Source: Anthoceros angustus (lineage: Eukaryota > Plantae > Anthocerotophyta). From it: a stretch of 64,000 nucleotides of DNA. The DNA is taken from contig MU008172.1 in the NCBI GenBank assembly GCA_010909165.1, forward strand, positions 496,001-560,000, read 5' to 3'. The notes under the pieces were generated by a model that worked only from the letters and a program-made list of their open reading frames with translations, had not been told where the DNA came from and made no database searches. Below are positions 11,796-23,200 of this stretch, one piece after another. Every line of letters begins with the position of its first letter. Position 1 is the stretch's first letter. Both the position numbers and the translations under genes were made by a program.

Positions 11796-11827
11796 CAGGA
11801 GAAACCCCTTTCTAAACAGACGCTGTT
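11796..11827 (-). repeat. Right TIR
   Basis: caggagaaacccctttctaaacagacgctgtt, followed by GTAG. An extra aaaggggtttc at 11786-11796 makes an 11-bp hairpin with the TIR. Confidence 0.95.
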
Positions 11828-12085
11828 GTAGGGAAGTGAGCTACTCTAACTAGAGATTTATCACAATAAGTAAGATCTTAAAATCTAATAATTCTAGTTT
11901 GAGACTATACTTTAAATCACATATCCTCATATAGTATTATATATGTACAGCACATCTACAATATAACCTGGTTGTATCATTATTGGAGATAATAGTGTTG
12001 AGTCATTAGGGTTTGGTTATATCCACATATATACAATGTAATTAATAATATGTTAATTGATCTGCACCCATTACATATTTTGTTA

Positions 12086-12097
12086 TGGTATCAGAGC
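12086..12097 (+). promoter_or_regulatory. Primer-binding site (tRNA-iMet), copia A
   Basis: TGGTATCAGAGC directly after the LTR end. Confidence 0.9.
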
Positions 12098-13289
12098 CAT
12101 ACAGGGTATAGATTGCATTCATAAGAATGCACATTAAATTGTGCACATCTGGATGTGCACAAATGTGTGTTTGTGTTTGTTTCTTGTTTAGAAAATAAGT
12201 TTCTAATGAGAAAACAAGAAAATGATCAAGAAACCAACTTGTAGTTTCTTTTCTTGATTTTTATTTAGAAAATTTGCATTTCTAGAGTCATCCTAGTGCA
12301 CTGTTGTCAGTTATGTAGAGCAATTTGACACTAGGTACACTAGAACAAGCTACCCAGTGGCACAAATCTTTATATAAAATCATATAGAATTACAAAAATG
12401 GTTCTTGAAAATTTCTAAAACACAAATCCTGGCCAAATGAATGGCCAATCTACTGGACGGGCAACAATGGCTGCCACGCCACGCGCATTCCGTGAGAATC
12501 GCGCGGAGGGCAAGGAGTGCAAGCCGCTAGGCAAACGATTGCAGAACTTCTATACCCACAAACTCAGGAATGGACAGTTCGAACGAAAAATCAGCCCGCA
12601 CTTGCTCTTGAAGTGAGGGAGTCATTCAACACTTTGATTGAGACTCTCTTCCCTGAACAGCGCCATCGGTGTTTGCCCCTCCACCTAGAAACCCTAACAA
12701 TCTTCCAGTGCGTGTATTCATGGGCAGTGCATATAAGTCGAGTAATCAGGTAATCGACATTTACGTTTCCTAACCACATGTCGCACCACACACAAGTGTA
12801 TCGCTTAAATGCGGTGAAGCACACCGGCAACATGTTGATAGGCGTTTTCAAAACATCGATCGAGAAGCGTCTTTGTATGTAGACTTACAATATCGAAAGA
12901 GCAAATAGGACATTTGGACTTCAAGTTGCTTACATTGTTAAAGCCCGCTTTACTTGCTAACCCATTTTCGGTGTTGCATGTAAGCGTGCAAATAAAACAA
13001 ATAAGCGCCATTTGATGCTCCAAATTCATGTCCCTCTTGCTCCACCTATGCATTTAACAATGTGGGAGATTAGAAAACAAAGGATTGCAAACAAAGTTCA
13101 AATGCATATTTTCAACCTACATGGTACGGACTTGCTAACCCTTGTATCGGCGCTTGCAGCCCATCTTTGATGCATCAATAGCATCTTAGATACCCTTGAA
13201 CCATTAGCCTGACCCATGCGTTAGGTCGAGCAGAGCATTAGTCTAACGACCATAAAATTCCTAACGGAAGGACCTACAAAATCCTAAAC

Positions 13290-15555
13290 ATGGTTGAGCC
13301 AAACACTAACCTTGGTGGAGATGGCTTCAAGGAAAAGAACGGGGGAGATTATGATATCTAGGTTATGCGGATGCGAGAGCACTACAAAACAAGCGCTATG
13401 AAGCTGGCCAAAGGGAGGACAAGTTTCACGCCATTGTGCACCACTCCTTCTATTCGAAAGAAGAATCGGGATGCATGGACTATTAGGGATGAATGCCATG
13501 TACGATCCGGAGTGGGTTGACCTCGACATCTACGGACCTCTGGATGCAAGACTTGGTGAGATATGGTCCAGGCTTCAAGATCTATACAGACAAATACCAC
13601 ACGGCGACGGCAATGTTCGGCGCAAAATGAGAGCGGAGATACAATTGAAAAACATCTTGGACTCTTTAGAACCTTTGGTTTCTAAGTTAGAGGCGCTTCT
13701 CAGAACCTCTCAAGGATGATTTACTCACATTGTACTTCATGATGTCACTCCAGTCATGGTCACACTTTGTGGCGTCCTACAACGCAGCTTGAGGCGGAAA
13801 CTAGCTAAAGGCGCAGGCTTTACCCTTCCCCAAACAACGTTTTGAGTTAGTGAGAGCTCTTCTCGGAAGAAGCAACAAGAGGAACCGCGAGGCATCTTGG
13901 CAAGCGAGGCTCTTTACACCAGCGAAACAAAGGCAGCAAGCCTAACCCAGGTAAGCAGAATACCTCAAGTGCTAGCACTCACTGAGCTACTTGAAGAAAC
14001 CCAAGAGGAAATGCCGGTGCAGATTCGGTCATTGGGAGAGCGAGTGTCGAAAGAAGCGGTCGTACCTGCAAGGAGGCAAGCTCACTTTTGAGACTGCGCC
14101 ATGGTGAAAAGCAAGCTTCCTTCATCACAGCGGTAGGGACTAGGGTTTTGCTCATCCTTGCTAACCCACATGTCGCACCACACACAAGGGAGACGATATT
14201 AGTGGTACCTTGATACAGTGCAAGGCGCATTAGTTTCGATAAAGCGCATTAATCTATATAGACCGGTAAAGATCGTTCGTTTACAGGTGACGATAGATCA
14301 CTTATGTCTCGAGAATAGGCACGGTGAAAATTCCGGTTCCTTGAGGATCACACTCTTACTCAGATGTGTATCATGTCCACAAATGACTAGGAACCTCATC
14401 TCATAGGAAGCTCAACATGGATAACAACATCATCTGTTCACTCCCACAGAAGGATCATCGATGCATTTGATCGAAAGTAATGCTTATGGTTCCAGGACCA
14501 TGATCTATTCGTTTGCACACAGCGATGCTAGAACACTTAGCTTCTAAGTCTTGAGACAAGCGCAAGCGGCGCAAGCGATAGAAAAAGCTAGGTTATGGCA
14601 TGCGTTTAGGTCACCCTCACGGTGCCAAGTTCGAAACTAGCGGTGGTGACATGTATGGTGATGGAAAAATTGGCGGTTTGCCACCCTTACCACTTTGTTA
14701 GCACGTGTCTTGTCAAGCGTCATCAGCCCTTCAAGAACCAAGCTCCTCACGGGGCTTCATTCGTTCTTGAGCTCGTCCGACATATGTGGGCCACTTTCAC
14801 CCTCAATTGGTGGTGAGATATTTCCTAACATTCCACAGACGACAACCGGTTGTCATGGCTTATATTCGAAAGCCAAAGTGAATACTTCTCCACATTTAAA
14901 GACTACATGAGTATAGAGATGGGTGGAAAAGCAATTGAAAACCCTCCGATTCGACATGGTGGTGAATTCATCAAAGCAATTTCAAGCCTATTGTGCGGAT
15001 GAGGGATAGGGCGACAACTTACGATCGTACCACAACAAAAATGGGTATGGAGCGCTTGAATTTGCTGCGAGATGGTTTCTTCCTTGTTCCACCAAGCCTC
15101 ACTTGCCACTCCCATCTGGGTGAGGCCCTCATGAGCTGTTTATTTATGGTTGCCCTGCTGCGATCTTAGGGGAGACCCGTTATGAAGCTTTCTTTGGTAG
15201 AAAACCAGCTATCCTTCATCTTGAACCTTGTTGCATAGCTTACGCTTTCATTCCTAAGGCCAAGAGAACCAAGTTATGCTAAGGCCAAGAAATTCCTTAT
15301 GATAGGATACACGAAGGTATAAAAGCTTACAAGCTTTATGGCGTACCTCGAGAAAAAGGTGGTCTACCTTTGATGTCACCTTGATGAAAGCCGGACTTGC
15401 AAGTGGGGCTTCCCACTACACAGGAGGATTTACCTCTCCTCTTCCACAGCGTCCTGTTTTTCACGACCGCTTTGAGAGATTGCTCTGCAGGGAAGAAGAA
15501 CATGACAAAATGATGAGGCGGATGAAGCAATTTTGCTAATGACTTCTAGCAGAAC
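13290..15555 (+). pseudogene. Copia gag-protease-integrase, frameshifted
   Basis: NGGDYDI*VMRMR (gag N-terminus), knuckle remnant near 14070, WYLDT (protease, about 14205), LWHA.LGHP (14593), LELV..ICGP, TPYEAFFGRKP, AYAFIPKAKRTKL, IGY..GIKAYKLY. Stops at AEP (about 15553), where RT would begin. Confidence 0.85.
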
Positions 15556-15606
15556 CTCCTCCGTCCCAGCCATCGTCGGGCCAGCCATTATCGGGCATTA
15601 GGCGCC

Positions 15607-16135
15607 TTGTTGTAGATTACGTTGTAAAGCCTTTTTCTCAAATTTTGATCTTTATTTCTTCAAAAATATTTTTATCATCATTAATCAAAAATATGATTGG
15701 AAGCCATTTACAATAGCAATTGATGATGTGGCTTCCTTGTTATAGATTACATTGTAAAATATTTTTCTCAAAATGTATTCTTTATTATTAAAACTCTTTT
15801 TATTATTAATCAAAAATATGATTTGAGGTAATATATATCGATTGATGATGTGGCTCCCTTGTTAGATTACGTTGTAAAATATTTTTCTCAAAATGTGTTC
15901 TTCATTTTTAAACTCTTTATTATTGTTATTAATCACAAAAATATTATTGAAGACCATTTGCGGTGGATTGATGACTCCCTTGTTGTAGATTACATTGTAA
16001 AATCTCTTTCTCAAAATTTGATATTTGATCTTTATTTCTTCAAAAGTCTTTATTATTGGTATTGATTTCAAAATATGATTAGAGTTCATTTATAATGAGG
16101 ATCATGATGTGGCTCCCATGTTGTAGATTGCGTTG
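15607..16135. repeat. AT-rich tandem array, unit 120-140 bp, about 4 copies
   Basis: Recurring gatgtggctcccttgttgtagattacattgtaaaatatttttctcaaaat at about 15607, 15737, 15858, 15979 and 16118. Confidence 0.9.
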
Positions 16136-16439
16136 TGATATAAGCAACATTGTAAAATGTAAGCAAAGTTATAAATTTGGTGGACTAGCAAGGGGCTAGG
16201 TGGAGCAGGGAGGAAGGGGAGGTATTTTAAATTTGGTGGGGGATGATGAACTCCATTCAAATGTATGGAGGCGTGCCACTCGGCCGCACTCCATTAATCC
16301 CAGCCCTTACACATGCGCCTAGGAAAAGTCGGCAGGCCTAATACTAATCGTCGCTCTTTGGCATTTTCTTAAGTGTTCTTATTATGAGCAGGTGCCACCT
16401 CTACACCCACAAGCAAGTGCGCACTCGATGGTACATGTT

Positions 16440-17047
16440 TGTACATGCCGCCTTTATGCGGCCATTGTATAGCCAGCCATTTATCGTACCATTGTATTGG
16501 CGTTGCGCCATTCACGGATTTTGGCCAGCCATTTTATGCCCGCCATTGTCGGGCGCCACACGACCGGCCATCCGGGCCAACCATCGTCGGGCCCGGCATT
16601 GGCGTTGCCATTCTTGGTGGCCATCCATTGTATGGCGGCCATTGTCGGGCCGCCATTGTGGCAAGCCATTGAGGCCGTTGTATGGGCCAGTACCATTGGC
16701 GGGCCAACCATTGTCGAGCCAGCCATTGTCGAAGATGCTGGCCAGCCATTGTCGGGCCCGGCCATTGTCGGGCGGCCATTGTGGCGGCATGTAAGGGCCA
16801 GCCATTGTAGCGCCATTGTGCCAGCCATTGTTGGCCAACCATTGTATGGCCATTATGGCCAACCATTGCATTTATAGCCAACATTGTATATATGGCCATT
16901 GTGTGACCATAAATGACCATTGTATGGCCAGCCATTGTGGGGGCCGAGCATTGTGGGCCAGCCATTGTATCCAGCCATTGTAGGCCCAGCCATTAGGGCC
17001 AGCCATTGTATAGACATAGCGTTGGGCCCATTCTTGATTTGGCTGAC
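16440..17047. repeat. Degenerate GGCCAGCCATTGT minisatellite
   Basis: Dozens of (g)gccagccattgt-like units; the same motif also occurs at 15560-15605. Confidence 0.9.
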
Positions 17048-17050
17048 CAT

Positions 17051-19495
17051 TGTCAATAATACTAATAGTTAGTATCTTAGTTATATCTATATATAGAGTG
17101 TGCACTTAGATTTAATTTATTACCCTTTCATTAGGAGTTACGTCCTTTAGCAAGTCATGCCTTTTCATTATTAAGTTAAGTCTAGTTCTGCTTTCATATA
17201 CTTGTTTTCCTTATATACACATATATACAATATAATTAATATATTAATTGATTGCACCCATTACATATTTTGTTATGGTATCGAGCTATCAGGCATAGAT
17301 TGCATTCATGAGAATGCACATTAAATTGGGCACATTTGGATGTGCACAAATATATGTTGTGTTTGTTTCTTGTTTAGAAAACAATTTTCTAATGAAACAA
17401 GAAAATGATCAAGAAACCAACTTGTAGTTTCTTTTCTTGATTTTTATTTAGAAAATTTGCATTTCTAAAGTCGTCCTAGTGCACCTGTTGTCGATTGCGA
17501 GCAATTTGACACTAGGTACACTAGAACAACTGCCATTGGCACAAATCTTTATATAAAATCATATAGAATTACAAAAATGGTTCTCGAAAATTCTAAAACA
17601 CAAATCCTAGCCAAATGAGTGGCCAATCTGTTGGGGCAACAATGGCAGCCACATACTGTTCCATGATCAGAGGCAAGGAGTGCAGTGTGCACTCGCGCCA
17701 CCAGACACGGGAATGGGGATTCGAGCAATCGACTGCACTTGCTCTTGAAGTAAGGCAGTCATTCAACACATTGATTGCGACTCTCTTCCGCAGCCATGTT
17801 TGCCTCCACCTAGAAACCCTAACAATCTTCCGAAGAAGCTATTCATGGCGTGCCATATAGTGTAATCCAGAGGTTTGTAATGTAGCATTCTAACACCCCA
17901 AGGGTTTCCTAACCACACATGTCGCACCACACACAAGTGTATCACGTTAAATGCGAATTGAAGCACACGGCAACATGTTGATAGGCGTTTTCAAAACCGA
18001 TCGAGAACGTGGCTAAGTAGAGATGCGAAGAGCGATAGGACATTTGGACTTGAGTTGCCCGCAAGCCGCTTTGCCCAGCCTCCGGGGTGTATGTAAGCGT
18101 GCAAATAAAACAAATAAGGCCATACATTTGATGCTCCAAATTCATGTCCCTCTTGCTCCACCTCGCATTTAACAAGTGGGAGATTAGAAAACAAAGGTTG
18201 CAAAGCAGTTCAAATGCAGCACCACCTTCACGTGGCTTGAGACATGCTAACCCTTTGTAAGCGGCGCGGTTTACAGCCCATCTTTGATGCATCAATAGCA
18301 TCTTAGATACCCTTGAACCATTAGCCCTGTTGACCACACGCGAGTTAGGTCGAAGGGGCATTAGTCTATGACCATAAAATCCTTACTAGGAAGGACCTAC
18401 AAAATCCTAAACATGTGAGCCAAACACTAACCTTGGTGGAGATGGCTTCAAGGAAAAGGACGATTTGGGAGCGATTATGATATCTAGGTTATGCGGATGC
18501 ACGAGGGCACTACAAAACAAGCAGCTGGAAGCTGGCCAAAGGGAGGACAAGTTTCTGCCATTGTACTTGGCTCCACTCCTTCCATTAAAGAAAGAAGAAT
18601 CGGGATGCATGGACAATATATTAGGGATGAAGTGCCATGTACGATCCGGAGGGTTGACCTCGACATGCTGAGACGGACCTCTGGATGCAAGACTTTGAGA
18701 TATGGTCAGGGCTTCAAGATCTATCTTGAGGCACAAATACACAAATCGCTGCCTTGAGTTCGGGCGCAAAATGAGAGACGGAGATACAATTGAAAAACAT
18801 CTTGGATTCTTTAGAACACTGGTTTCTAAGTTAGAGAGCGCTTCGTGAACCTCTCAAGGATGATTTACTCACATTGTACTGCGATGTCACTCCTGCATTC
18901 ATGGTCACACTTTGTGACGCCCCACAACGCCGCATTCCGTATGTAAGATAGCTAAGGTCGGAGGCATTACTCTTCCACAAACAACGCCAGAGTTAGTGGA
19001 GCTCTTCTCCGTGAAGAAGCAACAAGAGGAAATAATGTGCATGCCGCGCGAGGCTCTTTACACCACAAATGGCAAAGAAGCCTAACTCGTGAGGTAAACA
19101 GTACCTCAAGTGCTAGCAAACACATCGTTACTGGCCGTAAGAAACCCAAGAAGACTAGAAAATGCCACTGCGCGATTCCGTGTCATTGGGAGAGCGAGTG
19201 TCGAAGAAGCCCGAGTACCTCGCAAGGAGGGCAACCCACTGAGACACACGTCATGGTGAAAAGCAAGCTTCCCTTCACCTTAATCAGAGGGACCTTTGTA
19301 CACATCCTCTGCTAACCTACATGTCCAACAAGCACACAAGGGAGACCAATATTAGTGGTACTTGATGTGCAACAACAAGACATTAGTTTCATAGGAAACG
19401 CATTCGGACATGCTGGGCGTACTGCCTAAAGATCGGGCTCACTGGTGACGACAGATCACTCCACGAATAGGAAAAGTGAAAATTCCAGTTCTCAG
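17051..19495 (+). mobile_element. Ty1/copia copy B, truncated after the protease start
   Basis: LTR tgtcaataat...catattttgtta (17051-17275), PBS tggtatcgagc (17276), leader and gag colinear with copy A (ATG about 18413), protease remnant about 19357. Homology ends near 19495. Confidence 0.85.
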
Positions 19496-22400
19496 GGTCT
19501 TAGCTAGTTAGGTATACCACATTTTGTGACATATGCAAATGTGCAATATGTGCATATACCCCAAGTTTCGATTATCCAATATTTATCTTGAAGTTAAGTC
19601 AAATTTTGGAACGTGAACATGTCATGTACAAATGAACTTGGGAACCGAAGTACTGCGTGAAGGTGTGGCGCTTCATCTTCACGCTGGAGCTCTTCGAGGC
19701 GCCGCCCGCTATCGACCATCGACATTTGGAGTGTTCACGGGAAGGGAGGAGGGTGCCCACCAGCAATGAGGTCCCCACGCTTAGAGGCTGCACGGCGGAA
19801 GGAGAACGGCAATCACCGCCGGGAGGACCAAGTTCGCAGCCACCAACTGCAAGGTGCGAGGTTGCTCAAGCCGCATTCACCGGGGTTTAGGGTTTTGCGT
19901 TGTCGCCATGGTCCCGCCTCGACTACATCCGTGCTCAGAGGAAACGCCCACCTAGGAGCTCGGAAGCGATGCGGATGCCCTCCGTACTACATGTTTCCTA
20001 GTGGCGCCTCGTGGGTGAGGTGGTAATCGTGACGTGAGGAGTGTTTTGCGCTCAAGGGGAGGCACCTCCACTCGCATGTCCCGAGGCCCAGCTTGTGGAG
20101 CCCTCCCTCGAGCCCGGTGTGGGGGCCACGACATGGGCCTTGTCCGCACGGCGAGGGTGCGGATGGGAGGACGAGGGCCTAGGCGATGGTCGCTTGAGGC
20201 ATGCCTGCCGAGGGGCATGGTCGACCCGCCCAAAGTTGTAGCCGCCGAGGCAAGGGCGAGCCTGGTGATGGAGGCCCACCTAAAGACGCGGTGATGGCCT
20301 CGCTAAAGAAGGCCCGCCACGAGGCGTGTTTTCATAGTGCGATGTGGAGGGTGGCTCGTGTTCCTCATGCTCCATTTGACATAATGGGTCCATGTTCCTC
20401 ATGGTGTCTAAGGTTGCCTTGTGTGTGCGGAAATGCCTCTAAGTCCGCATACAGGGAGCTTGAAGAAAGTGAGGAGGCGAGATGTGGAAGACAATTATCG
20501 TGGGAGCTGGGCACTCATCCGATGCGATTTAGATTGCGAGGTGGAAGCAGCTCACGAGGTGCCCAAGCCAAGTGATCCATGGTATCCAAGAGCGGGCGGA
20601 AAAGCGGAAAAGGGAAGGCCGGCGAAGAAGAAAGAGAGCGCTTGGAGGAATATGGGCGGCGAAAAAGGGCCCATGGCAAGTTGGACATGGAGGGCGGTGA
20701 TGGCCTCCAGTTGTCGGGGTGGATGTCAAAGACCTGGGACTCGCAAATGGACTGAGGGACAGGTTGGGGAACGAGGAGGTGGAGAGGCTTTTTGGGCCCC
20801 CTAGTTTTAATGAGGGGCATGGCTGGCGGGAAACTGATGCCCTTAGCGAAGAAGAATGGAGGGAAATTGATGTTCTTATTTTTGGCATGTACGAGCTGAG
20901 GCCCAGCCTCGGGGAGAAGCGGATCCCTAGGCTCATGGCCCTTGGAATACTGAGAAACTTGTTGGCCTCGACGTGAATCGGAAGACCTTCCACGAAGACA
21001 CAAACAGGGAGGAATAAGAAACGAGAAGTCCGTGAGGGAAAGCGGCGAGGCGGTGAAGGCTGCAGGAGTCAAGGAGGAAGAGCCCTACTCGGGGGGGCCC
21101 AAAGGACACACGCGGGCTTGGTAGGCTACCGTGCTTTCAAGTTTGTCTCACCTTGTGCTACATGTTTGTCATGCCCGGTCGCTAAGTCCTCTCGCCTACT
21201 ATCATGTGAGGTGCACCCTAGCCCTCCGGTCATTCAACCTAGTTTGCCATGGTGTAGGGTCATGTGAAGTGCACCATGCTGGTTGCCTTGGTCTCACTCG
21301 GACCAAGTTGTTGAGCAACATGCATTGTATCCCGGTCATTTGCTGTGTTTCTCCTCCACTTGATGTGCCCAGATCACTTTTCCTTCACGTTTGCTCGACC
21401 GTGGGCACATTGCTACTTTCCTCGCAATGTGTCCCACTAGATCCACCGATGGGTGATTTACTTGCCTTTGTACTTGTGAAGGTGAAGGAAGCTCGCGAAG
21501 GAAGACCAAGGTATACCGTGCTCGCAACCACCGATCCGTATCGGAGGAGATGTAAATGTCCAACTTGACAAGGTGGATTGCAAAGGAGGTAAAGCATGCT
21601 TTGACCGGAAAACAGAGGCTTGGGAGGTGGCGTCGACATCTGCAAGTGTTCCTGTGAAATGGAGATGGTGAAGAGCATCGAAGATGACGAGACTTTTGAG
21701 GACATTCAAGGGCACGATCCTTGGTCGCCACCTTCGGCCGCTTCAAGCCTGTATGCTCCGGAGAAGAGCTCAGATTTTGGGTTGAGGAGCTGGCGACGGA
21801 GGACTCGTGCTCGCATGAGCTTCAACAGCAGCTTGCGGCCGTCAAAGGAACGGATGTTCAACGTCCTCAAGTCCTTGGCAGTCATGGATGTTGAAGTGAG
21901 GGGAGGCCCGGTCGCACCAACTTCCTTCCAGCCTTGAGCGGATGATGCCGACCATTGTTGTGAATGCTTGCCCTATATGCGCTAGGTATGCTTTTGGTGT
22001 ACCGTGGATCCGTGAACTTGTCCGCCTAGTGCTTGCCGTGTTTCTCACCGAGTACATGTCATTGCGGTGGTTTTGCAATGAGCGTTCTCATCATGCGGGC
22101 ATATGTACCATGAATTTTGCCTCTTTTCTCATTTGCACCAACAAGCATTGTGCCCTCAAGAGCAGATGGAGGTGGACATGGTACGTCAGCGGGGGATCCG
22201 CATAGGAACAGGCTTGAGGCATGATGAACAACTCAAGGAGTGGAAGTCCGAGTACCTTGAGCTTGTAAAGGATCCGGATGGATTGCTCTCGCCTTGAGAA
22301 GATTCGCCAAGTCACCGCCACCATACCGCAGCAGATCTGTGTCAGGCAGGGGTGTGAGGAACGGGATTTCCTTTTCCTTGTATTGCTTTCCTCCAAAGCT

Positions 22401-22689
22401 AATGCTATCAATGCTTTTTGCAGCTACGACAAGTTGCCTCGGCGTCAAGTGCCAGGAGTGTTCCCATTCGAATACGGCGACTGCTTGCCACCGCGGCGGC
22501 TCGTATGGCTCGGTTTTGGCGTCGGATCGCCACGAGGGGGTTCCTTGGACCCGCCTCGGTGAAAAAGGGTGCCAACGCAGGGGCATTCAGAGTAGGGCTA
22601 GGGAGAAGTGCTGCTGCAGGAAGACAATGCAGAGGCGGGGGATCGAGGGGACCCAAAGGCATTTGCACACTCATCAGGGAACAAAGTGG

Positions 22690-23200
22690 TGGGGGAGAAG
22701 GCCACAGGCTGGAGAAGGCCAGGAGAACACCACCCCGCGTGAGAATGCCACACCTAATGTGGAGAAGATCACGATTGAGGTGGACAAGGACACAATGCGA
22801 GAAGGCCATACGAGGTGGACATAAATGCAAAGTGGAGAAGGCCATACGAGGTGGACACACAAGGGAGAAGGCCACACCGAGGTGGAGCCGGACACGCAGC
22901 GGTGGAGAAGGCCATACCTAAGGTGGACACAGCGTGGAGAAGGCCATACGAGGTGGAGAAGGGCATAGCCGGAGTGGAGAAGGCCACACTTGAGGTGGAG
23001 AAGGCCATGCCCGAGGTGGAGAAGGCCACACTTGAGCAAGAGAGGCCATACATGATGTGGAGAAGGACACGTGACGCGGAGAAACACACACATGATGTGG
23101 ACAAGGACAAACCCGGGTGGAGAATGAGGTCACAATGAGGCGAAGAAGGGTGCATCTCAACTAGACAAGGACACACCGAGGTGGAGAAGGACCCGAGCCG
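22690..23200. repeat. Tandem array of about 21-bp GAGGTGGAGAAGGCCATAC units
   Basis: More than 15 degenerate copies of (g)aggtggagaaggcca(t/c)ac. Confidence 0.9.

Larger units (their letters stand above)
74..11827 (+). mobile_element. TIR DNA transposon, Sola-like (DDD transposase), carrying DNA methyltransferase cargo
   Basis: Perfect 32-bp inverted termini at 74-105 and 11796-11827, with GTAG directly outside both ends (70-73, 11828-11831). Internal transposase motifs IDG...LQLDN..ENKN...GHTH. A 4-bp TSD and these motifs fit Sola-type elements; the superfamily name is from memory of the motifs. Confidence 0.88.
11832..17050 (+). mobile_element. Ty1/copia LTR retrotransposon copy A, lacking RT/RNaseH in this segment
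   Basis: LTR 3' end ...catattttgtta (12085), tRNA-iMet PBS tggtatcagagc (12086-12097), then gag, zinc knuckle, protease and integrase remnants. The LTR is probably split by the TIR element, with its 5' part at 1-69 and beyond the window. Confidence 0.85.
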
